Origin: a virus
Reading direction: 5' to 3' (one strand)
Length of the DNA stretch: 64,000 bases
IMG/VR virus record: IMGVR_UViG_3300024262_000017
Coordinates: 32,001 to 96,000 of that record
Shown here: piece by piece, positions 47,231 through 56,809 of the stretch
Layout of the letters: each line of letters begins with the position of its first letter
How positions within the stretch are numbered: the first letter of the stretch is position 1
The notes under the pieces: model-generated
Database searches by the model: none
Told to the model about the DNA's origin: nothing
Seen by the model: the letters and a program-made list of their open reading frames with translations, nothing else
Made by a program: the position numbers and the translations under genes

Positions 47231-49579
47231 CTACCCCTCCAGGTTTGTGAATGTAATGAGGTCAGCAACGGTGAGGTAGCGCACGGTGTTGTCACTTACA
47301 CCCTGGCTCAGGGGTTCATCTAAACGATACCGGTCTGCTAATGGGTTATTTGGATTAGGTATTGCATCCGTGTTGGGGTCGATGATGTAGCTTGCATCCA
47401 TGGAAACTTCACCACTCGTTTTGAAGTAAATGATTCTACCATCTGGAGCCAGCAGCTGGTAATAAATTTCCGTGGGTTCGACGTAGCCAATTTCTGAGTA
47501 TGTTTCTCTGATGAACGTAAGGATATCAGAGATGTCGATGTTTTCCTTGGTACTAAAGGTGTTTACGTGTTCGGTGAGCGCAGTCTTCGCAGCAGCCTCA
47601 TCCAAAGCTGTCGTTGCAGATTGCTTTAGTCGATACCTTATTTCTAGGGTAAGGTATACAGGATTAAGGCCTCTGGGAATAACACTGCCACACAAAATGC
47701 GTCGGTCAGTTCCTACCATGAATGCCCAGATGGAATCATACCCAGAGAGGGCATCATAGGTGACCGTCAGCACACTGTCATTGAAGTACTTTTTATTCTC
47801 TGGGTCACCAATGGTGTTCTCCCACCCAACATCTAACTCAGTCACTTGCCAACCTGACTGTGCTGCTTCTGGGTTGTGACTTACAAGACGGAATTCCAAG
47901 TAAGCAGCTGTAATTTGTTCCACTGGTTCTACGTTGATTCGATTTGGAAAACGTACACGACCATCAGTATCGACAATTCCTCCTGGGTAGGCGCCCCCAG
48001 GCATAGATACATCCGTGACTCGATAAATAGGACGAGCTGGCAACAAGATACGCCCATCATTCTGAATCGTTTTCGTGAACTGCCCACTATATCGTACGTC
48101 TCCTGTGAAAGACCCGTTGGGACCTGCGCTAATCTTGTTGTTGTAGTCAGGAGAATTATCACCAATGGTGTAAGCAACGGGTCGTGTAATCAGCTGCCAC
48201 TCTAGCGCAGTCTCCGTAACAAAGTCATAGGAGAAGCCGTCAACGACGACTTCGTTGTTACCTGTATCCACTGACAATATTTTTCCCGTACCCAAGTTTT
48301 CTCGTGGGTTAGCAGAAGACACGACTCGAATGTATTTTCCAATGTCTCCACCGTCTTCAACAGCAGCATCAACAAATGTGTAATCTGGTGTTGGTGTACC
48401 AGCACTCTTAACTTTGTTGAATGCACCGTCACGTCTGATGTCACCATCCGTATAAGTTCCAGCCACGAGTGGCATGGCTCTCGGAAAAGGTGAACGGCGG
48501 GAAACAAACAACCCGTAAGGGGATACCTCTTTGATGATGAACATGTCTGGTTCATATGATTCGATGGCATTATCAAATTTCAGAATGTCACCAGGCTGAA
48601 TGTTGTAAGTTTCAAAATTCGTTTCGGGGATGATACCCGATGCTGCATTCACGATAGAAGGATCTCGGAAAGCATAGTACCCTTCTCGGGGGTCAGTGAA
48701 TGCTCCTCCGACAATCCCACTGAACGTTCGGGCTTCTAAGATGGGTGTTCTCAAGTAGGCATCTACATAACCACCTGCATGGATGCGTGTGTTAGTTGCT
48801 CCTTCAAGAACTAAGTCCCGAATCATTTCAGGTTCGCCATAACCAATGACTATGACATCGTCTATTTCACTGAAATTGTCTTTCAAAGTTGCATCAATGG
48901 AGCGTGCGCTGTTGAGGTCCCGGACTGTAATGGCTGTTTCTGATCGGCTCAGCATTTCAGATGTAGTTTCTACGCCACCTCCCCCCGAAAAGGTTGCATC
49001 ATTTTCTACCCGTGTAACGTAAGGACTGAAGCGGGTGTAGTCTACAAACGAACCCTCATCAATGTTGTATGCAACCCCGGTACGGATAGCCACAACAGGC
49101 ACTTCAATTGTGTACGCCACAATAGCCCCAGAAGAGTCAATGATGGGGAGCATATCTTCTTCAGCGTAAAACAGACTGTCTATTGCATCTACTACAAAAA
49201 CTAAGCCAGTCGTTTTGTAGAACTTTGTGGTGATGGGAACGGTTACATCTGTAGCCTGGCTAAAATAGATGACCACGTTTCCCCGGGCATACCGACCCTG
49301 CTTCCTGAAAATAAACCAGTTGGAAAGTATCTCATCAACTGCATCATCGACGTCAGTTCCTGCTAGTTTACCCAGTAAAAGGAGAGACTGTCGTGCTCGG
49401 ATGGTATCCTTTTCCGACCGAAGGTAAGCAAAGATATTTCCAAGAGCAACCACAGCAAAATCTCGTAGAGCTCCGCCCTTACTGAAGTCAACACCGGGCA
49501 TACGATCTGTAAGAAACTGCTCCAAAATATTTTCAGCATCAATACGATCTTGCTCAGTGATGGTAATGGTTTCAGCCAT
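47231..49579 (-). CDS. Baseplate J/gp6-like wedge protein
   Basis: DFSKGGALRD, RKQG.YARG.V, G.AYNI, V.N...FSGG...ET..E...R, GGYVDAY. Confidence 0.8.
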   Translation of the reverse strand: MAETITITEQDRIDAENILEQFLTDRMPGVDFSKGGALRDFAVVALGNIFAYLRSEKDTIRARQSLLLLGKLAGTDVDDAVDEILSNWFIFRKQGRYARGNVVIYFSQATDVTVPITTKFYKTTGLVFVVDAIDSLFYAEEDMLPIIDSSGAIVAYTIEVPVVAIRTGVAYNIDEGSFVDYTRFSPYVTRVENDATFSGGGGVETTSEMLSRSETAITVRDLNSARSIDATLKDNFSEIDDVIVIGYGEPEMIRDLVLEGATNTRIHAGGYVDAYLRTPILEARTFSGIVGGAFTDPREGYYAFRDPSIVNAASGIIPETNFETYNIQPGDILKFDNAIESYEPDMFIIKEVSPYGLFVSRRSPFPRAMPLVAGTYTDGDIRRDGAFNKVKSAGTPTPDYTFVDAAVEDGGDIGKYIRVVSSANPRENLGTGKILSVDTGNNEVVVDGFSYDFVTETALEWQLITRPVAYTIGDNSPDYNNKISAGPNGSFTGDVRYSGQFTKTIQNDGRILLPARPIYRVTDVSMPGGAYPGGIVDTDGRVRFPNRINVEPVEQITAAYLEFRLVSHNPEAAQSGWQVTELDVGWENTIGDPENKKYFNDSVLTVTYDALSGYDSIWAFMVGTDRRILCGSVIPRGLNPVYLTLEIRYRLKQSATTALDEAAAKTALTEHVNTFSTKENIDISDILTFIRETYSEIGYVEPTEIYYQLLAPDGRIIYFKTSGEVSMDASYIIDPNTDAIPNPNNPLADRYRLDEPLSQGVSDNTVRYLTVADLITFTNLEG

Positions 49580-49582
49580 TGC

Positions 49583-50032
49583 CTACTCCATAATCTGGGG
49601 TAGCAAAACCTTCACAGATACCCCGGCGACATTCTTTAAGGTGATGGTCAAGAATACACCATTCAATGAATCATCTGTGTAAACGTCATCTATCCTGGCT
49701 ACGGACAAGCGTTCTTCATCATTCAAGGCATACTCAGCATCGTATTCTTTGACCTTGGCTTCCGCTGCAATAACTGATCTCCTTGCAAGCGTAACTAAAG
49801 TACCACGGTCAACGTTACCCAGGAAAGCACTGGCCAAAGGTGTTCCATAATCAGGATCAGACAGGTCGGTTCCAAGACTTGTTAGCATACACTTGAGAAA
49901 ACGATTTACCATTTTCTGTACACCACGCACACCAATACTTTTAGAGTATGCACCAAACGTCAAACCTTGAATACCCGTTAGCTCTTCTTGTGGTACACCT
50001 TCAAAATGTATGTCAAAGGTCTTAATGGTCAT
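49583..50032 (-). CDS. gp25-like baseplate protein
   Basis: GVQKMVNRFLKCMLT.LG.D..DPDYGT...ERL. Confidence 0.75.
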   Translation of the reverse strand: MTIKTFDIHFEGVPQEELTGIQGLTFGAYSKSIGVRGVQKMVNRFLKCMLTSLGTDLSDPDYGTPLASAFLGNVDRGTLVTLARRSVIAAEAKVKEYDAEYALNDEERLSVARIDDVYTDDSLNGVFLTITLKNVAGVSVKVLLPQIME

Positions 50033-51129
50033 AGAGGTTTCCCATCATTCAGTTCTCCTGTGTCGGGATTATACAACACACCTACATTGTTTTCTTGTGG
50101 TGTGGGAACTGCTTTGATGTTGTTGTCTCTGATAAAAGCTGCTAACGACCTTCCCGTTTCTTCCACTGCACCCATAGCAAACAAAGCTGCGTTGGTTCCG
50201 AATGCTCCTCGGTCTAAGAAACTGTAAGCCATACCACGTGCCAGCCCTGCCTGCGCGGCTGCAGCTCCTTGTATCCGAGACATCTCCAGAAATGATGTCC
50301 CCGGCGCTGCTGCCAAAGCCATCAGTTCTCCCACCTTCGTTGCTGCATCGGCACGAGGGTCGAAGGGAGCTTGGTAATAACCTCCGGTTGGTGGTGTTGC
50401 ACTAAGCTTTGTAAGGCATTCATTTGCACGAGCAATGAGTTGTTTTAATTTCGAGTCAGTCACGACCCCCTTAGACTTCTTAGTAATCCAGGCATCAACT
50501 TTTTCATTAGGAAGAAGAGTCGAGTGATTGAATACGGTCTTGTCCGTGATAGGCATTCCACTAATGGCTGCAATGGTAGCCATCAATTGAGCTACTGCTT
50601 CCAAAGCTGCCGGCGTAAATTCTTGACCTACAGCGCCTTCAATCTCCACACCAACGCTTTCAGTATTCAAAGGAGACCTTGAAGTACCTGTGTGAAAGGC
50701 CAAGTCAGCCAGGTCTACCATTTGGATAAGCGCACCTGATTGACCAATAATAAAATGTGTTGAAGCTATTCTGTTTGCCTGAACAAATTCCCGGATAAGA
50801 TTGTCTAAGCGAGCAGCCTTGGCAACTCTACCAGGACGATGAAGCACAAAGTATTTTGTTTCTTCAACTACATAAGCACCTGGGCGGAAACGTGTAGAGT
50901 GTGCGGCAATAAACGTAGCCCCTTTTAGAATCTTACGAAGTTCAGGAGACACTCCACTCTTGGAATTCGTACGGTTGTTTACATAAGCGCTCGCGTTCTT
51001 CGTAATCTGTGTCATCTTGTCGCGAACAAGTCTTTCGTATTGCTTAACAATCTCCGTACGAGCAGCATCTTCCTCATCTGAAGGAGACTTTCCTGTTGCT
51101 ACCAGATCGTCTGTAATCATTTTTGCCAT
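50029..51129 (-). CDS. N-acetylmuramoyl-L-alanine amidase (Amidase_2)-domain protein
   Basis: FVLH, ASTHFIIG..G...Q.V....AFHTG...N..SVGVEIEG, NHS...KVD. Confidence 0.78.
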   Translation of the reverse strand: MAKMITDDLVATGKSPSDEEDAARTEIVKQYERLVRDKMTQITKNASAYVNNRTNSKSGVSPELRKILKGATFIAAHSTRFRPGAYVVEETKYFVLHRPGRVAKAARLDNLIREFVQANRIASTHFIIGQSGALIQMVDLADLAFHTGTSRSPLNTESVGVEIEGAVGQEFTPAALEAVAQLMATIAAISGMPITDKTVFNHSTLLPNEKVDAWITKKSKGVVTDSKLKQLIARANECLTKLSATPPTGGYYQAPFDPRADAATKVGELMALAAAPGTSFLEMSRIQGAAAAQAGLARGMAYSFLDRGAFGTNAALFAMGAVEETGRSLAAFIRDNNIKAVPTPQENNVGVLYNPDTGELNDGKPL

Positions 51130-51203
51130 CGAATTCCACTTCCTAAAGATTTTAGTTGCGCCCGTTTTTTCAAACTCGTCCTATTAGATGACGCAGTGCG
51201 TCA

Positions 51204-51914
51204 TTATGTAATGCCACCCCCTGTAACATCTTGAATTTTATCTACTAATAAACGCTTTTGATAACTGAGTTGCCCTTGAGTCATTTTCAATTTTCGCATA
51301 AGTTGTGGGTTCTTCAAAGCCGGTGCACCCCCATACCCGGTGGTGTGTTCAAATATCTTTTTTTGCATTGGGGACAAATCATTGTAGACAAAGTCAATGG
51401 TGCCTGACTCACCATTATCAATATCAAAAATGGGAGCCGGCACACCACTTTCAACGTGTTCTTTCCGCATCGACCTTTGGAAGTTTTGCAGAAAGGGCTT
51501 GGGCCAGCTAAGTTCCTGAGAAAGCTCATCTACGGTAGGCTCTCTACCCAGCTTGTCTTCAAGGGCGGACTTTGCAATGTTGTGCGTGTGAAACTTGCGC
51601 GTTTTGTACTCAGGTAGCCGTGCGAGGTTTTGATGGGTATAATTGATTCTCGACAACTTACGCAAGCGGTTCGTCACATGCGTTGCAAGCGCTGCTCCGC
51701 CTGTCGGGCTGTAAGAATGGATTGCTTCCATCGCTAGGCGTTTCCCTTCAAGCTCCAGGGCAGGGCGTGCAAGAGTGCCTTCTCCACCTGACCAGCGATT
51801 CACTTCCTTTTGAACTAAGGGATTCACTTGGTTTAGCAATGCAGCTGCGTTATTGTCTGTTGGCGCTTTTTTCCAAGTTTGCCAAAGAGCATAGTCTTGT
51901 TCCTTGTAACTCAT
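51204..51914 (-). CDS. Divergent sigma-70 family factor (FliA/SigB-like) inside the baseplate module
   Basis: PLVQKEV.RW, AIHSYSPTGGAALATHV..RL (region 2), ARLP, LGREPTVDELSQEL (region 3), LSPMQKKIF...HTH. Confidence 0.75.
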   Translation of the reverse strand: MSYKEQDYALWQTWKKAPTDNNAAALLNQVNPLVQKEVNRWSGGEGTLARPALELEGKRLAMEAIHSYSPTGGAALATHVTNRLRKLSRINYTHQNLARLPEYKTRKFHTHNIAKSALEDKLGREPTVDELSQELSWPKPFLQNFQRSMRKEHVESGVPAPIFDIDNGESGTIDFVYNDLSPMQKKIFEHTTGYGGAPALKNPQLMRKLKMTQGQLSYQKRLLVDKIQDVTGGGIT

Positions 51915-54820
51915 ACATCCTCCCGGTCATGACGCCAACCAGCGCGCTTGAAAAGAACCTTTTGACGATAAGCTTTCAAACGTGATTCCCAGTCTGCCCT
52001 AGTGTCTGGTAAATCAGCAATCAAGGGAGTGAGCAAGTTGTTATTTTGGTCAAATGTTGGAGGGTCTCCCGGCCCTTGCACCAAGTTCAAAATCTTTTCG
52101 TAAAAGATAGCTCCTTTTCCTTGAACACTGTCTGTTGCAGTGACTGTACCAGACTTTGTTCCACGTCGACCACGAAAAGCAATGTACTCATCTAACGTAC
52201 AAATCGGTCGAGCCACGAAACGCATTGCATTGGTATGGTTTCGAAACATTGCAGCAAAAGCACTGGAAGGTTGAACGGCAACGTATTTCTGAAGCAAATC
52301 ACTGGGAATCTTTGCTTTTGGGGTAGTAGCTTGCTCCTCCCCATATCTTTTCTCGTAGTCATCCCACAGACTCAAAGTGTAGTTGTCTACCTTTGCTTGA
52401 ACTTCAGCCTCCAAGATATCAACATCCTCATCACCGAGGATTGCAAAGTCTGAATATTTAACACCATACTCTTCAGACAGGGCCGTTGCGTACTCTGTGA
52501 TTTGAGCCTCAATCACCGCTTTGGCATCTTCTTCTTCTTCAAGTCGTTTTTGGGACTGTTGCACCACGTTAGATTCTGCAAAGATATCACTGTAAGGGTA
52601 AGCTTCTCCACTGGGCATTACCAGGTCAACCGCATTTGCAAAGTCAAACGCGCATGTTTTTACCCCAGCGTAATCAGCCTTCTGGTGAAACAAAAGGCTA
52701 AAATAATCCTCGGCACTTTCTTGTTCTTGAAGAACGGCTCTCAAAGGCTCAATAGGATTTACAGGTGCTGCAGCTTGATTCTCTAATACCCCAAAAGCTG
52801 TGTTTCCAACACGAGCATCAAAAACTTCTTGGAATAGTTCATCAAGCAACATGGCATATGTAAAAGTGACTTGTGTTGACCAACTATCTTTAGTTAGTGA
52901 ATGCGTCACGCCCACAATGTAAGCGACTAAATGCTCACCTGTAATCATGTCGTCGAAAATGAAAGCGGGGAAGCCCGGAACAATGTAGGGATTGAACGTC
53001 ATGATAGCTGCACCCTGACGGCAGCTTGCACGTTTTCGGAAAAACTCGTAGCGTGCATAACCTTTTCGAAGAGCTGTCATTGCTGAATTTTGGTCACTCG
53101 CCCGCAATTTCAATTGTTCTTCTATTTTAGTAACAGAGTATTTCCCGTCTTCTTTTACTTGCGGAGGGATAATCCCACTATCAATGAGCTTCTGTAGTTT
53201 TTCCTGGATGTCATCTCCAGTACTCTTGGCTGCAGTTAAATCAGTAAGTGCTGTAGCTGCTTGTTGCTGTTCTTTGCTTTGCTTGGTCTGAATGTACTGT
53301 GCCAGCATTGTGAACCAATTAGGCAATCGAATACTATCTGGCTGTGGTCCTTTGTAAAATTCTTCTGGCCACACCAAGAAATTCTTACCTGAAACAGTCA
53401 CATCTCCAGAAATTCCAGCAACACCAATACCATACCGTTTGTCGAGTTCTCGTTGCACTTGGTCAGGGTATCCTGCACGCATTGTGGCAATTGCATCCAT
53501 GGCAGGATTGTTTCCGCCTGACATTTCCGAGTACCACATGTCATTTACATAAAGACGTGTAGGTTGGCTGGCGTAATCTTCCTGGAACTGAAGCTGTTGT
53601 AACATCGAAGGGAACACCACATTGCATGAAGGAGCAATACCAAATAACCATTGAGGCTTTGTGATGTAGTTCAAAATGCAATTAGGTTTCAATGACTCTG
53701 CAGGCTCCTGTAGTGAAATTTTACTTAGCTGGGCCACGTACTTATCCACAAGCTTAGTCATTTCAATGGTGTAGCTATCTTCATCTACTGACGTAGTTGC
53801 GTCCATTTCTGCTTGTGCCATGTCATAGGCTTCACGGTAGATGTAGGCTTCATCTTCTGCATCTCGTTGTGCTTTTTGCTCAGCTTCGCTTGCCAGTAGA
53901 AATTCTGGAGGACCAAGCACCACACCATTTGTAGTTGAATCCGGTGTGCGTTCTACCTGAGCAATGGGCGCCGTAGTAATTGCGAGCACTTCGTAGTACA
54001 TACGCAAAAACATCTGCTGTATGGTTGGCCAAACTGCGTCATTGCCACCGGGTTGGGCTGCACCCCGAGCCAACGTCTCTACAATCTGTGAATCTCTCAC
54101 AGCCCGTAAGATAGGAAACACACCTTCTACGTCATCTTGAGACAGGATGTCCGTTTCAATAAGAGGTGAAGGTAAAAACCGATTCACAAAACCTGTGCGT
54201 GCCATGTAGCGAGCATAGAAGTTTGTTGAGACCACAGAGCCTAGTAACTGTTGTTCGTCTTCGCCAACCACAGAGTTTAGAACGTTCATAATAAGGTCAT
54301 ATGGTCGTCGAATAAGCTCTTCTTTCTGAGGATTCATCCCATAAAAGAAACGATTCCAGGGAAAGCACATGGGGTCAGTAATGAAGGTTGCTTCGTTTCC
54401 CTGTGAAGGGCTAACGATGTGCATCGCCAAAGAAGTAGGACCACTGATGTAAGCCGGCCGTAGGTCATGCATAATTTTTAGAAAGTTGGATGTGCTGAAA
54501 CTAATCTGTCTACCAGCTGGAGTGTTTGAGTAAGTTCGACCTGTGATTTCCCCTTCATACAATAAACGGAAATCTGGCTTACTCCCTTTTTTGTTAATGT
54601 CTGGGTAGATGTCATCCAGATAAAAGGCTGCAACCTCTACACGGTCTTCGGCTCCCAAGCGTGCAATGATGGGGTCTGGTAACATTTGTATTGTTGCTGT
54701 TGGAGTAGAGTTGACACCCATGTTTATTTCAAGACCTTGAACAGGAACTTCAATCCCATTTATGTACACGAGATAAGACGCCTCATGCGCTCGGTTTTCT
54801 GTGAAACCAATTGACGTCAT
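51911..54820 (-). CDS. Baseplate hub-like tail protein
   Basis: VYINGIEVPV N-terminal; FNPYIVPGFP...YIVGVTHSL; position in the tail module. Confidence 0.6.
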   Translation of the reverse strand: MTSIGFTENRAHEASYLVYINGIEVPVQGLEINMGVNSTPTATIQMLPDPIIARLGAEDRVEVAAFYLDDIYPDINKKGSKPDFRLLYEGEITGRTYSNTPAGRQISFSTSNFLKIMHDLRPAYISGPTSLAMHIVSPSQGNEATFITDPMCFPWNRFFYGMNPQKEELIRRPYDLIMNVLNSVVGEDEQQLLGSVVSTNFYARYMARTGFVNRFLPSPLIETDILSQDDVEGVFPILRAVRDSQIVETLARGAAQPGGNDAVWPTIQQMFLRMYYEVLAITTAPIAQVERTPDSTTNGVVLGPPEFLLASEAEQKAQRDAEDEAYIYREAYDMAQAEMDATTSVDEDSYTIEMTKLVDKYVAQLSKISLQEPAESLKPNCILNYITKPQWLFGIAPSCNVVFPSMLQQLQFQEDYASQPTRLYVNDMWYSEMSGGNNPAMDAIATMRAGYPDQVQRELDKRYGIGVAGISGDVTVSGKNFLVWPEEFYKGPQPDSIRLPNWFTMLAQYIQTKQSKEQQQAATALTDLTAAKSTGDDIQEKLQKLIDSGIIPPQVKEDGKYSVTKIEEQLKLRASDQNSAMTALRKGYARYEFFRKRASCRQGAAIMTFNPYIVPGFPAFIFDDMITGEHLVAYIVGVTHSLTKDSWSTQVTFTYAMLLDELFQEVFDARVGNTAFGVLENQAAAPVNPIEPLRAVLQEQESAEDYFSLLFHQKADYAGVKTCAFDFANAVDLVMPSGEAYPYSDIFAESNVVQQSQKRLEEEEDAKAVIEAQITEYATALSEEYGVKYSDFAILGDEDVDILEAEVQAKVDNYTLSLWDDYEKRYGEEQATTPKAKIPSDLLQKYVAVQPSSAFAAMFRNHTNAMRFVARPICTLDEYIAFRGRRGTKSGTVTATDSVQGKGAIFYEKILNLVQGPGDPPTFDQNNNLLTPLIADLPDTRADWESRLKAYRQKVLFKRAGWRHDREDV

Positions 54821-54821
54821 G

Positions 54822-56630
54822 TTAGTCGTCCTGTTTTACTGCAGCCAACACCACAGCCGCGGCAATTGCATTGACTGCATATACGACGGAAGAACTCTTG
54901 GTATATTGCTCTAGCAGTACGCGAGCTTCATGAGAAATAGCAGGCACCTCCACCAGTGCGGCACCAACAAGTCCCCAGTATGGCATCAAAGCTTGTTGAA
55001 TCTGTAAAATGGGTTGCCGTTCACACAACAAGATTCCATCTACAAGAGTGAAATCTACATACCGAGAAAGAACCACACGTAACCCAGTAATAGACGCAAC
55101 ATGAAGTAAAGTGCGAGCTTGTATGTTCGGGTCTATCGAAGTAGTACAAGACCGCATCAGCACCCCACGTAATTTTTCTAAATTCTCATAGGGAAGTGCG
55201 CGAGTCAGTTTGGTATCAATGATATTTGGCGCTGGTACAATATCCTCAAAACAAGACAAGTTCGTAGTTCGGAAAGATTGCTGCACCATGTTAGAGGAAG
55301 CTTCGAGGTCCATGGCAAACGCTTGAACCGTGTACCAAGTATTTGGTTCCCAACGTCCTTTTCTTGGTAAGAGTTCATAGAAGATACCTTCAACTCCTAG
55401 TGCATCACCACTTTCTGTGCCAATACACTGAGGCTTGATGTCTCCGCTTTTTACACAGTAAAAGGACTGCGCTACTCCGTTGGTATCTACATAGGATGCC
55501 TGTATCCAAATAGATGACTTAAGAATGCCAGAGAAATCTTCTTCTACATCTTGAAAGAGAACGCGCAAGGGAGTTCGCACTGCGAGGCCATACTCCGCAT
55601 CAGGTGGTTCCATTTCAATCAGAGGGGGTGAAACACCAAGCCCATAGAAAGTTGCTACGTTGTTTGGTGGAGATACCGTGTTTTCATTTAGGTCGTTAAT
55701 ACCTGTTGGGGGTGGTGTTAGTGAAGGCTCATACACAGTGATAGTGTAGAGTACTCCCGCGGTTTGAGCACTCGTTGTGAGTAAAAAAGTATCTCCAGTT
55801 TCCTGAGTCACGCTAAGTACAGACAATGCGCCACTACTGATGTCGTAGTTAGCTGGGTCAGCACCTTCAGACCCTATGACATCTTTCGAAAACTGAATAC
55901 GTACATGTTCTGAATTCACAGGAATAGCAGCTGATAGAAGCTTTGGATTATCTCCAACACCAATGAACGACGCAACATTACCTGGTGATGCTATGACATT
56001 GTAGGAAACGTCTTGCACATTGCTGACTGTTACAGAGTACGTCGCTCCTGTCTTCATGGTGTTTTCAACCAGGAGCGTTACCTGCGTACTGCTGTTCCTG
56101 GTAATACTCAAAATTACTATCGAAGCATACCCTCCAATTACGTAATTCGACGGGGTCAACAAAGCAGAATTGTTACGCATGTCTTCATTGAAATTCACAA
56201 TTATCTGAGAAGCAGAAGACGCTGAAGCTGAACTGACTTCAGGCGCTGTACCTTGGCCTGTGAAATTAGCGCTTTTTCGCACAGGGTCTAACGCCACACC
56301 AAAGACACTTCGTACCCCAGACACCGTTACAGAGTAAGCGGCTCCGTTTGTCATTTCCCCGTTCAGCGTGATTTCAACAATAGTCGGAGACCCGCTAGTC
56401 AACACGACAGAAACAGCATTCCGTGCAACACCGAGACTGCTGGTAATTATGTAGTTGGCTGGGTTGAGGGCGTCATCACTGTTTCCTGGATTCGTCGCAC
56501 GCATTGCTTGGTCGAAGTACACACGTATCTTATCGTCTGCTATCGACAACGCCAGCGTGACCACGGGGTCTGTTGCAGGGACCTCTGCGCCTTCCAGATG
56601 TAATAAGTTGACAACGCCCTTTAGGGTCAT
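54822..56630 (-). CDS. Virion protein with tandem Ig-like domains
   Basis: Three repeats I.V.F...M....L.P.NY.I...Y.VTV..V.D. Confidence 0.7.
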   Translation of the reverse strand: MTLKGVVNLLHLEGAEVPATDPVVTLALSIADDKIRVYFDQAMRATNPGNSDDALNPANYIITSSLGVARNAVSVVLTSGSPTIVEITLNGEMTNGAAYSVTVSGVRSVFGVALDPVRKSANFTGQGTAPEVSSASASSASQIIVNFNEDMRNNSALLTPSNYVIGGYASIVILSITRNSSTQVTLLVENTMKTGATYSVTVSNVQDVSYNVIASPGNVASFIGVGDNPKLLSAAIPVNSEHVRIQFSKDVIGSEGADPANYDISSGALSVLSVTQETGDTFLLTTSAQTAGVLYTITVYEPSLTPPPTGINDLNENTVSPPNNVATFYGLGVSPPLIEMEPPDAEYGLAVRTPLRVLFQDVEEDFSGILKSSIWIQASYVDTNGVAQSFYCVKSGDIKPQCIGTESGDALGVEGIFYELLPRKGRWEPNTWYTVQAFAMDLEASSNMVQQSFRTTNLSCFEDIVPAPNIIDTKLTRALPYENLEKLRGVLMRSCTTSIDPNIQARTLLHVASITGLRVVLSRYVDFTLVDGILLCERQPILQIQQALMPYWGLVGAALVEVPAISHEARVLLEQYTKSSSVVYAVNAIAAAVVLAAVKQDD

Positions 56631-56800
56631 TTCTTCCTCGGGAGCTGAATGTTCACACGGCCGCGCAGTAACGATGAGGGTTTCGGTTGCTCGGTTGTGC
56701 GTGTACTTACTTGCAGCAGCACAAGGCCACTAGCAACGCCGTCCGCCATGTCAGACGCCTTTTTTGGTATAATCAGATTTACCACACCCATAAGAGCCAT
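56627..56800 (-). CDS. 57-aa protein (not in ORF track)
   Basis: AGGAG RBS; MALMGVVNLIIPKK...LRGRVNIQLPRKK; ATGA overlap with the next gene. Confidence 0.6.
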   Translation of the reverse strand: MALMGVVNLIIPKKASDMADGVASGLVLLQVSTRTTEQPKPSSLLRGRVNIQLPRKK

Positions 56801-56809
56801 CGGATTCTC

